Shown here: positions 37,307 through 45,791 of the stretch, in pieces | Numbering within the stretch: position 1 is the first letter of the stretch | Layout: the number at the start of each line of letters is the position of its first letter | Source: Candidatus Hebobacterum abditum | GTDB taxonomy: Bacteria; Armatimonadota; Hebobacteria; Hebobacterales; Hebobacteraceae | DNA length: 64,000 bases | Direction of reading: 5' to 3' | Assembly: GCA_029821875.1 (NCBI GenBank) | Contig: JALGXW010000027.1 | Span: forward strand, 6,175-70,174 | Notes under the pieces: model-generated | Databases searched by the model: none | Told to the model about the DNA's origin: nothing | What the model saw: the letters and a program-made list of their open reading frames with translations, nothing else | Made by a program: the position numbers and the translations under genes

Positions 37307-38974
37307 ATGGAAACCTTGCCCCGCGTCCAGCGTGCCGTGGAGCTCGTAGGCCCCGGTGAGCTTCGGCTGAACGCCGAGAAGCCCGTGCACCCCCCCGGGC
37401 CTCATCAGGTGCTCTGCCGCGTGGAGGCGGTCGGCCTCTGCTTCTCAGACCTCAAACTGGTGAAGCAGTTTTCGGATCACCCGCGCAAATCTGAGGTCAC
37501 TGGCGGCATCGACAGGCGGGCGCTAGCCGAGATCCCCAGCTACGTCCCGGGAAAGCGGTCCACGGTCCCGGGCCACGAGGCCGTCGTCCGGGTCGCTGCC
37601 GTCGGGGATGGAGTTACGACATTCCGTCCGGGCCGGCGCTATCTGGTGCAGACCGACTACAGGTGGCTTCCCACCGCGGGCGCGAACGCCGCCCTCGGCT
37701 ACAACTTCGAGGGGGCCCTTCAAGAGTACGTGTTGATGGACGAGCGCGTGATCACTTCCCCCGAGGGGGAGAGCATGCTCATTCCGGCCCCCGAGGACCT
37801 GTCTGCGTCGGCCATTGCTCTCGTCGAGCCCTGGGCATGTGTTGAGGCCGCCTACTCCGTTCAGGAGCGCCAGCGGCTGACGGAGGGCGGCAGGCTCCTC
37901 GTTGTCACTGACGTGGCGCTGCCGAACGGCGGAGTCTCCGGCCTTGTCCCGCGCCTGGGCAGGCCGTCCGAAGTCCTCTGGATCGGGCCGGCAGCCGAGC
38001 CGCCCCTTCCAGGCATCGCTGCATCTCGCGTGTCATCGCTGTCCGAGGTGAGCGAGGCGAGCTGCGATGATGTCGTCTACTTCGGGCACAGCGAGGACGC
38101 TGTCGAGAAGCTGTTCCCGCTCCTCGCGCCACACGGTCTCCTCAACATCGTCCTCTGTGGCGGGAGATTCCTGCGCCACGTCGCCGTGGCCGTGGGGCGA
38201 GTGCATTACGCCGGCATCCGTCTGGTCGGGACAGGGGGCTCTGATGCCGCCGCGTCGATGGCGACAGTCCCCCACTCCGGCGAAACACGCGAGGGTGCCC
38301 GCGTTCACGTCGTTGGCGCTGGCGGGCCTATGGGCGCGATGCACGTAATCAGGGCCCTCTCCTCGCGGATCCCGGGGCTGGACATCGCAGCGAGCGACAT
38401 CGACCGCGACCGGCTCTCCAGTCTCACCCGGGTCGCCGCGCCGCTGGCTGCGGCGAACGGGCATTCCTTCTGCGCCTACAACGTGAAGGAGAAGGCCCCG
38501 CCAGGGATCTTCGACTACCTGGCCATCATGGTCCCGAGCCCGGGCCTCGTGACCGAAGCGGTCGAGCAGGCTGCCGTGGGTGCAGTCATCAACGTCTTCG
38601 CCGGCATCCCGGCCGATGTGAACGCGAACCTCGACCTCAACGCTTACATCGAGAAAGGATGCTATCTCATCGGCACGAGTGGGTCGGCGCTGGAAGATAT
38701 GAACACCGTGCTGGCGAAGGTGGAAGCAGGCGTCCTCAATACGAATCTGTCGGTAGCTGCCGTGGGAGGCATGGAGGCCGCCATCGACGGGCTTCAGGCC
38801 GTGGCGGAGCGGAAGGTCGGAGGGAAAGTGGTAATCTATCCGTCCTGTCGCGGGCTGCGCCTGAGAAGTCTCGACGAGCTGGAGGCAGACCTGCCGGAGG
38901 TCGCGGCCCTGCTGCATGACGGCGTCTGGAGCCACGAAGCAGAAACGGCGTTGCTGGAGAGATATGGCGCGTAG
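37307..38974 (+). CDS. Extended Zn-type MDR dehydrogenase (sorbose-1-P reductase-like)
   Basis: GLCFSD, VPGHE, GALQEY, LVEPWAC, VGAGGPMG, GTSGS. Confidence 0.8.
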   Translation: METLPRVQRAVELVGPGELRLNAEKPVHPPGPHQVLCRVEAVGLCFSDLKLVKQFSDHPRKSEVTGGIDRRALAEIPSYVPGKRSTVPGHEAVVRVAAVGDGVTTFRPGRRYLVQTDYRWLPTAGANAALGYNFEGALQEYVLMDERVITSPEGESMLIPAPEDLSASAIALVEPWACVEAAYSVQERQRLTEGGRLLVVTDVALPNGGVSGLVPRLGRPSEVLWIGPAAEPPLPGIAASRVSSLSEVSEASCDDVVYFGHSEDAVEKLFPLLAPHGLLNIVLCGGRFLRHVAVAVGRVHYAGIRLVGTGGSDAAASMATVPHSGETREGARVHVVGAGGPMGAMHVIRALSSRIPGLDIAASDIDRDRLSSLTRVAAPLAAANGHSFCAYNVKEKAPPGIFDYLAIMVPSPGLVTEAVEQAAVGAVINVFAGIPADVNANLDLNAYIEKGCYLIGTSGSALEDMNTVLAKVEAGVLNTNLSVAAVGGMEAAIDGLQAVAERKVGGKVVIYPSCRGLRLRSLDELEADLPEVAALLHDGVWSHEAETALLERYGA

Positions 38975-40850
38975 CGGGAGCAGAAGCAGAAAGAGGCAGT
39001 CGGATCAAGTGCTCGCCAACTTGATCCACATCTGCGCGGCACTTGGCAAGGAGCTGTCCGTCGCCACGAGGCGACACGCTGTGGTCTCGGTGAAGAGCCC
39101 TGGCGGGGACGAGATGCTCGTGACCGAGGCCGGTTGCGATCTCCTCGAGGTGGATGACAAGCGCGGGTGGGCGCGCGTGTGCCTCTCCTCGGCCGCGCGG
39201 GGTGCTATGGCTTCCCGCGACGGCGGCGCGCAGGTGTCCGCTGAGTGGCCCGCGCACGCCTTGCTGGGCCGCTGTGTCGCCCAGATCTGTCCGCCCGCAG
39301 TTGGGGGTTACGTGTGCTCAAAGGGGGGCGAGGCGGCCCTCAGCAAGATCTTCTCCGGCGAGAAGCGCCCGCGGGCGTGGGTGCCATATGCCGATCCCGG
39401 CGAGCAGCTTGCGCGCCGGATCGAACGTGTCATCGCGCAGCACCAAGCTGCCCACGAATGGAAGCCGACAGCTTTCTTCGTGGCGAAGCGGGGGCTCCTG
39501 GTGTCGGCTGACACGCCGAGACGTCTGCTCTCGTCAGTCCGTCGCCTCATCTCAGAGTGTGAGGCGGGGCTGCCCAAACCAGGCGGGGCGCCCCTCTCAC
39601 TTTCGCCCGAGGCTGTGGCGGGGGCGAAGCTGGCTGTTCGCCGCGCCGTGTTCCGTTCGCTGGGAGAGCATGTCCTCGTCGAGCACTCGGTCAGCCCAGC
39701 GGTGGCGTGGTATCTGCGGCGCAGAGATGCCAAGGAGCTCGTCCGCCCAGCCGCGGTGAACGAGATCGAGCTGGTGTACGCGGGCGGGGGCCCCACCTGG
39801 CTCGAACAGGCCGCTGGGAAGTCGGTTGAGGCGAAGCTGAGCCGGGCGAAGAATCGGGGCGAGCGGGCCGGGAGCTTGCTGGTCAAAGGGCTCGGGCTGT
39901 TCATCGCCGGCCAGGGAAGTGACCTCGGGGCGGCTCGAGAGGCGACCGAGACGTCTCTTCTGACACGCGCCTACGCCGCCGGTCTCGGCGGGGTCAATCC
40001 GCTCACGCAGCGCCAGCGGAGCGTCCTGGCGTCTGCACGGCCGGACACGCGAGCGGAGCTGGCCGGCCGCATCGCGGTCGTCACCGGGGCCGGCAGCGGC
40101 CTCGGCCGCAGCATCGCCACCGGCCTTGCCAAGGCGGGCGCCGCGGTGGCTCTGCTCGACCTGGACTTGCCGTCGGCGCGGAAGAGCGAGGAGCTTATCC
40201 GACAGCGAGTGCCAGACGCGGCGGCCAGCGCCATCCGGTGCGACGTGACCGATGAGCGAGAGGTGGAACGGGCTTGCGATTCCGTGCTCGACGCCTGGGG
40301 CGGCCTCGACATCCTGGTCAATGCCGCAGGCATCGCCCCGTCCTACCCGCTTGTCGACCTATCGCCCGACAAGTGGCGTGCGGCGCTAGAGGTCAACTTG
40401 ACAGGCTACTTCCTCATGGCTCAGGCCGCCGCGCGCATCATGATACGGCAGGGCATTGGCGGCAGCATCATCAACCTGAGTTCGAAGTCGGGACTTGAAG
40501 CAAGCAGAGATAACACGGCCTACAACGCGACGAAGGCAGGCGAGATCCACATGGCCCGGGGCTGGGCGGTGGAGCTCGGCGATCACGGCATCCGTGTTAA
40601 CTCGGTGGCGCCGGGTAACGTGTTCGAGGGATCGAAGATCTGGAATCCCGAGTACATACGATCGTGCGCCAAGAAGTACGGCATCAAGCCTGAAGAGGTC
40701 ATTCCCTACTACATCGATAAGACGGCGCTCAAGCGCGACATCAAGGGCACAGATGTGGCCGACGCAGTCGTCTTCCTCTGCTCGGAAAGGGCCCGTAGCA
40801 TCACCGGTCAGACACTGGTCGTCGACAGCGGACAGGTGATGGTCCGCTAG
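38964..40850 (+). CDS. Class II aldolase-like domain fused to an SDR (RhaD-SDR / sorbitol-6-P dehydrogenase-like)
   Basis: SDR motifs TGAGSGLG, NAAG, SSKS, YNATK, KKYGIKPEEV..YYIDK; aldolase-like N-domain with WVPYADPG. Confidence 0.8.
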   Translation: MARSGSRSRKRQSDQVLANLIHICAALGKELSVATRRHAVVSVKSPGGDEMLVTEAGCDLLEVDDKRGWARVCLSSAARGAMASRDGGAQVSAEWPAHALLGRCVAQICPPAVGGYVCSKGGEAALSKIFSGEKRPRAWVPYADPGEQLARRIERVIAQHQAAHEWKPTAFFVAKRGLLVSADTPRRLLSSVRRLISECEAGLPKPGGAPLSLSPEAVAGAKLAVRRAVFRSLGEHVLVEHSVSPAVAWYLRRRDAKELVRPAAVNEIELVYAGGGPTWLEQAAGKSVEAKLSRAKNRGERAGSLLVKGLGLFIAGQGSDLGAAREATETSLLTRAYAAGLGGVNPLTQRQRSVLASARPDTRAELAGRIAVVTGAGSGLGRSIATGLAKAGAAVALLDLDLPSARKSEELIRQRVPDAAASAIRCDVTDEREVERACDSVLDAWGGLDILVNAAGIAPSYPLVDLSPDKWRAALEVNLTGYFLMAQAAARIMIRQGIGGSIINLSSKSGLEASRDNTAYNATKAGEIHMARGWAVELGDHGIRVNSVAPGNVFEGSKIWNPEYIRSCAKKYGIKPEEVIPYYIDKTALKRDIKGTDVADAVVFLCSERARSITGQTLVVDSGQVMVR

Positions 40851-40874
40851 GGACCGGGAGGACCACTGCTGACC

Positions 40875-41714
40875 ATGGCTGAGGGTGAACTGACTGTCAC
40901 GCGAGAGAGGATTGCTCACGATCTCTCCGCTATCGGATTGCACACGGGAGACGTGGTCTTCTTCCACAGCTCGCTGAGAAGTCTCGGATGGGTCGAAGGC
41001 GGTCCCGACGCAGTGATAGACGCGTTCCTCGATGTTGTGGGAGCAGATGGCCTGGTCGTGGTCCCGACGCTGACCTTCACCTTCGCGAACGAGGTGCACG
41101 CCTATGCCTTCGACCCGAAGGAGACACCCTCCCGCGTCGGCGCGATCAGCGACCGCCTTTGGCGCCGGCCGAATGCCCACCGGAGTGCCCATCCGACACA
41201 CTGCATAGCGGCCATCGGGAGGCGAGCGGCCGAGCTGGTCGAGGGCCACGACAGGACATCGACCTTCGGCAAGGAGGGCCCCTATGGGCGGTACGTCGCC
41301 TGGGGTGCGAAGATACTGTTCCTGGGCGTCACCAATCGAAGCAATACGACGCTCCACGCGGTGGAGGATTGGCTCGACATGCCCTACCTCCAGACGGATC
41401 GGGCGTTGGCGAAGGGACCTGACGGCCGGCCTCTTGTCGTCGAGGTGACAAAGTCCCCGAGCGGCGATCGGGACTTCTACTCAAAGGACTCGAAGGTGGA
41501 GCGCCTCCTGGAGCGGAGTGGGATCATCCGCCGGGGGAAGGTAGGCGCGGCCGATAGCCTGTGGATGCCCTCGCAGGAGATGGTCGACGTGGTGGTGAAG
41601 GGCATCTACGAGGAGCCGACGCTGCTGCTGTGCGACGATGAAGGCTGCACCTTCTGCAGCAAGTACCGCCAGCCGACCATCGACCACATCAGAGACAATC
41701 GGCCCCAGATCTGA
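40875..41714 (+). CDS. AAC(3)/YokD family N-acetyltransferase
   Basis: FFHSSLRSLGWVEGG, VPT, RSAHPTH, NTTLHAVE, C-terminal CxxxxCxxC. Confidence 0.88.
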   Translation: MAEGELTVTRERIAHDLSAIGLHTGDVVFFHSSLRSLGWVEGGPDAVIDAFLDVVGADGLVVVPTLTFTFANEVHAYAFDPKETPSRVGAISDRLWRRPNAHRSAHPTHCIAAIGRRAAELVEGHDRTSTFGKEGPYGRYVAWGAKILFLGVTNRSNTTLHAVEDWLDMPYLQTDRALAKGPDGRPLVVEVTKSPSGDRDFYSKDSKVERLLERSGIIRRGKVGAADSLWMPSQEMVDVVVKGIYEEPTLLLCDDEGCTFCSKYRQPTIDHIRDNRPQI

Positions 41715-41733
41715 ATCCGGGAGACAGCTCCTG

Positions 41734-42504
41734 ATGTCCGTTCTCGATCTCTTCCGACTCGATGGCCGCGTCGCGCTTGTGACCGGCGGCAATCGCGGCC
41801 TTGGCCGCGCGATTGCGCAGGCCTTGGCCGAGGCCGGCGCGTCGGTCGCAGTCACAAGCCGCGATGCCGAGCGCGCCCGATCCGCAGCAGGGGAGATAGA
41901 GAAGGAGACAGGAGCGAAGACTCTCGGCCTTGCCCTCGATGTGCGCGATGGCGCCCAGGTTGACGTTGCGATCCAGCAAGTGCTGACAGACCTGGGGGGG
42001 CTCCACATCCTCGTGAACAATGCTGGAATCAATATCCGCGAGAGCATCTTCGATCTGAAGGACGAGAGCTGGGAGACCGTCGTCGAGACCAACCTCGTCG
42101 GCGCCATGAGATGCAGCCGGGCCGTGGCCGGCCACATGAAAGATAAGGGCTGGGGCCGGATCATCAACATGGGGTCCATCCTCAGCTTCGTGGGGATAGC
42201 GGAGCGCGCCGCTTATGCCTCGTCGAAGGCCGGGCTTCTGGGGCTGACCCGAGCGATGGCCCTCGACCTCGCGCCCTATGGTGTGACGGTGAACGCGCTC
42301 TGCCCGGGGGTCTTCAAGACCGAGATCAACCGGCCCATCCTGGACGATCCGGACTACCTCGCTCGCTTTCTCCAGCAGGTCCCTCTCGGCCAGCTCGGCG
42401 AGCCGGCCCAACTCAAAGGGGCCGCGCTGTTTCTCGCCTCCGAGGCGAGCTCCTACGTGACCGGGGTGGCGCTGATGGTGGACGGTGGGTGGACGGTGAA
42501 GTAA
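41734..42504 (+). CDS. SDR oxidoreductase (gluconate 5-dehydrogenase/KduD-like)
   Basis: TGGNRGLG, NNAG, YASSK, VDGGW. Confidence 0.88.
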   Translation: MSVLDLFRLDGRVALVTGGNRGLGRAIAQALAEAGASVAVTSRDAERARSAAGEIEKETGAKTLGLALDVRDGAQVDVAIQQVLTDLGGLHILVNNAGINIRESIFDLKDESWETVVETNLVGAMRCSRAVAGHMKDKGWGRIINMGSILSFVGIAERAAYASSKAGLLGLTRAMALDLAPYGVTVNALCPGVFKTEINRPILDDPDYLARFLQQVPLGQLGEPAQLKGAALFLASEASSYVTGVALMVDGGWTVK

Positions 42505-42518
42505 GGCGAGGAGGTCGG

Positions 42519-43889
42519 CTACTGGTCGTATAGCTTCTCGATCTGCCGCTCGGCCCGCGCCAGGGCTTCTTCTGCGGAGATGTCCTCGTCCAGGTACTTC
42601 TGGAACTCGATTCCCACGATATCGCGGACGCGATTCCACCTCAGCGGATCGGGCACACAGTAGCCGAGCTCGACCGTCGGCCGCAGCGACAACATCCAGT
42701 CTGGCACGCGGTAGGAGCCGTCAACTAGCTCCCGCAGTCCCGCGATTGTCGGTGGCACGGGCTCCGGGTCGTAGCCGGAGGTCTGGCGATCATAGATATG
42801 CTTGATGGTCGACATCTTGCCAGCCTTGACGATGCCGGGCTGTAGATCGAAGCAGATCGCCTCGAGCAGCACCTGCGCGGCCTCGCGGGGGACTGGCGAC
42901 GCCTTCGGTATCACGCCGATGTAGTGCGCGATGAGGGAGCCGACCTCCCTGCTGCCGGGGCACGGGCCGATCCCTATCCGCTTCTCACCCTCCTCCATCC
43001 CTTTGATCGCCCAGAACCCGCGGGACTGCCAGTTCGGGAACAGCACGGCGATCTTCGCCCGGAAGTCGTCGGCCGCCTGATAGGGTGTGAGCGCGCCCGC
43101 CGGCATCAGGCCTTCTTCGTACCAACGCTTCAGCGTCTCGAAGGTCGCAACCGCCTCGGGGCTGGCGACATCGAGCCGGCCATTCGCGTCCTCTATGGTC
43201 CCGGCGATGGTCCGGAGAAGCGGCACGTACGCGTTCTGGGTGAAGAAGTTCATGGACAGGTCGAAGGTCATGCCGTACTGCTGCGCGGCCGGGTCGCGGA
43301 GCTCGCGGCAGATCTGCTCGAACTCCTCCCAGGTGTTGGGCAGGTCGTCCGTGGAGAGACCTCTCTCCGCCAGCACGTCTTTCCTGTAGTTGAGAGCGTG
43401 GATCTCGCCCATGAAGGGAAGGCCGTAGACGTGCTCCTCTCCTGTCCGCGGGTCCTCGAGTCGGCAGTTTTCGAGATACCCGGGCAGGAACTCATCCAGC
43501 AAGCCGGCCTCGAGTTCGGGTGCGAGGTGCTGTTCGAGCGGCTCGAGGAATCCACCCTCCACGTTCTGAACAATCGACATGCTGTTGACGAGCAGAAGCA
43601 GGTCGAAGGGAGTTGTGTTTGCCCGCCAGGGGAGCATTAACGTGATCTCGTTCCCCTCTGGCATGATGCGAAGGTCGATGTCGATCTCCGGGTGGCGGGC
43701 CTCGAAGGCCTCAATGGCACGTTCGAGATCTCTGTCCGGGTCCTGGAACTCCGAATACTGCCAGGAGGCGACGAGCACGCGCACCTTCGTGACACCGCCC
43801 TGATGAGGAGCATACGCGTTCAGGCGTCGCTCGGCGATGAAGCCGACTGCGGCCAGGCCCACCAGCCCCAATGCAATCCACTTCTGCAT
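42519..43889 (-). CDS. Sugar ABC transporter substrate-binding protein
   Basis: N-terminal anchor; YGLPF, LNYRKD, PNTWEEF; follows two permeases. Confidence 0.85.
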   Translation of the reverse strand: MQKWIALGLVGLAAVGFIAERRLNAYAPHQGGVTKVRVLVASWQYSEFQDPDRDLERAIEAFEARHPEIDIDLRIMPEGNEITLMLPWRANTTPFDLLLLVNSMSIVQNVEGGFLEPLEQHLAPELEAGLLDEFLPGYLENCRLEDPRTGEEHVYGLPFMGEIHALNYRKDVLAERGLSTDDLPNTWEEFEQICRELRDPAAQQYGMTFDLSMNFFTQNAYVPLLRTIAGTIEDANGRLDVASPEAVATFETLKRWYEEGLMPAGALTPYQAADDFRAKIAVLFPNWQSRGFWAIKGMEEGEKRIGIGPCPGSREVGSLIAHYIGVIPKASPVPREAAQVLLEAICFDLQPGIVKAGKMSTIKHIYDRQTSGYDPEPVPPTIAGLRELVDGSYRVPDWMLSLRPTVELGYCVPDPLRWNRVRDIVGIEFQKYLDEDISAEEALARAERQIEKLYDQ

Positions 43890-43892
43890 TGG

Positions 43893-44747
43893 CTATCCCT
43901 TGACCGCGCCGGCCGTGAGGCCGCGCATGAACGTCTTCTGGAGCAGCAAGAAGAGGATGATCACAGGCAAGAATGACAGCATGACCGAGGAGAAGAGCAC
44001 ACCGTAGTCCCAGTGCTGCCACTGGCCCTGGAGCAGTTGAATCCCGACCGTCAGCGTGCGCGCCTCATCGGTCCAGTTGTTCATGGTGAGCGCGAAGATG
44101 AATTCGTTCCAGGCGTTCAAGAACACGAGCGTCCCGGCCGCAGCGAGGCCGCTCGCACCCATGGGAACCATGATCCGCCAGAATGTCTCCCACCAGCTGC
44201 ACCCGTCCACGCGGGCTGCGTCGAGCATCTCCTGCGGGACAGACGCGAAGACACCACGCATGATGAAGATCGTCAGAGCGAGGTTGAAGGCCGTGTAGCT
44301 CAGCGTCAGGCCCGTCAGCGTGTTGAGCAGCTTGTAGGCGCTGAGGAGCTCGTACTGGCCGATCAGCCCGACTTCGCCCGGCACCATGATGGTGCCGAGG
44401 AACACCAGGAAGATGACCTGATCGCCCTTGAACCGGAAGCGCGAGAGCGCATAGGCGGCCAGGCTGCCGGCGAAGAGCGTAAGGATGACGGTCCCGAACG
44501 AGACGAGGATGCTGTTGCGGTAGTAGAAGCCGAACCCCACCATGCGCTCGAACATCTTGAGGTAGTTCTCGAGCGTGTAGTGCTGCGGGAAGAAGGTCAG
44601 GTGCTTGCTGTAGAGCTCGTCGTGGGGTTTCAGGGAAGACAATATGATCCAGACGAACGGCAGCACGCTCATCACGCTGACCACAATCAGCACGAGGTAC
44701 AGAGAAGCGCTGTTGCCCCAGCGTTTCGCCTTGTCGGCAGTCATCAT
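43893..44747 (-). CDS. Carbohydrate ABC permease (MalG-like)
   Basis: EAA motif EMLDAARVDG, WNEF, C-terminal GLTAGAVKG. Confidence 0.92.
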   Translation of the reverse strand: MMTADKAKRWGNSASLYLVLIVVSVMSVLPFVWIILSSLKPHDELYSKHLTFFPQHYTLENYLKMFERMVGFGFYYRNSILVSFGTVILTLFAGSLAAYALSRFRFKGDQVIFLVFLGTIMVPGEVGLIGQYELLSAYKLLNTLTGLTLSYTAFNLALTIFIMRGVFASVPQEMLDAARVDGCSWWETFWRIMVPMGASGLAAAGTLVFLNAWNEFIFALTMNNWTDEARTLTVGIQLLQGQWQHWDYGVLFSSVMLSFLPVIILFLLLQKTFMRGLTAGAVKG

Positions 44748-45757
44748 CGCCGCTCCCTCGTGAGGCGAAACGCGACGAGCGTCACCAAGAAGATGAAGGC
44801 CGCCAGCGACCACGCGATGGCGGAGGCGTAGCCGAAGCGGAAGCGACCGTAGGAGAAGGCGACGTTGTACAGATAGAGCACGACGGAGAGCGTGGAATCG
44901 CCGGGGCCGCCCTGAGTCATGATGAACATCTGGCCGAAGACTTTGAGCGCGCCGATAGCGGCGAGCAGCCCCACCAGGAAGATCGTCGGCTTGAGCAGAG
45001 GAAGCGTTATCGTCGTGAACGCCTTGAAGCCCGTCGCGCCGTCCACCCGGGCGGCCTCGGCGATCTCGGTCGGTATCCGTTGGAGGCCCACCAGGTACAG
45101 CAGCATGTTGAAGCCGAGCCCGTGCCACACGGCCATAATGACGATGGCAGGCATGGCGAGGGACCGGTCAGAGAGCCATGTGTAGCCGGCCTCGCCGCCG
45201 AGAAATGCTCTAAGCAGCGTGTTCGCAACGCCGTACTCGGGGTGGTAGATCCACATCCAGATGATCGAGATGACGGCGACCGATACGACGATTGGGATGA
45301 AGTTCAGGGTGCGGAAGAGCGTCGAGAGCCGCCCCGCCCGCTCCACCAGCACTGCCAGGATCAGTGGGAGGATGATCGCGGGTGGCACGTACATGAGCGT
45401 GAAACGGATGGTGTTCCAGAACGCGCCGCCGGGGGAGTTGACGGTGAGCCAGAGCACGACGAAGGGATAGAACACGATCTCCCAGACCGAAAGCGGCCCC
45501 TCCGGCCGAACCAGGCCGGGCCAGCCCATGATCCTCTCGTCGCCGAGGATCTCCCGGTAGTTGCCTAGCCCGAGCCAGCGCATCTCCTCTGGTCGGAGGA
45601 ACTCGTAGTGGAAGAAGCTCAGGTAGAAGGAGCGCAGGATCGGATAGAGCGCGAACATCCCAAAGATGATGATCGCGGGTATGACGAAGGCGTAGGGGCC
45701 GTCCAGACCCCTCCACGCGTGCCGGCCGGAGATCCTCTGCTCCTCAACCACGCTCAC
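44744..45757 (-). CDS. Carbohydrate ABC permease (MalF-like)
   Basis: GLGNY, EAARVDGA, TLPLLKP, TQGGP, GYASA. Confidence 0.92.
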   Translation of the reverse strand: MSVVEEQRISGRHAWRGLDGPYAFVIPAIIIFGMFALYPILRSFYLSFFHYEFLRPEEMRWLGLGNYREILGDERIMGWPGLVRPEGPLSVWEIVFYPFVVLWLTVNSPGGAFWNTIRFTLMYVPPAIILPLILAVLVERAGRLSTLFRTLNFIPIVVSVAVISIIWMWIYHPEYGVANTLLRAFLGGEAGYTWLSDRSLAMPAIVIMAVWHGLGFNMLLYLVGLQRIPTEIAEAARVDGATGFKAFTTITLPLLKPTIFLVGLLAAIGALKVFGQMFIMTQGGPGDSTLSVVLYLYNVAFSYGRFRFGYASAIAWSLAAFIFLVTLVAFRLTRERR

Positions 45758-45791
45758 GTTGCTCCCCTAGATCGCCCGCGCAGCGGTGCCC

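Noticed and set aside
40875-41714. Aminoglycoside resistance gene
   Set aside because: Family-level similarity only; it sits in a metabolic operon with no mobile context.
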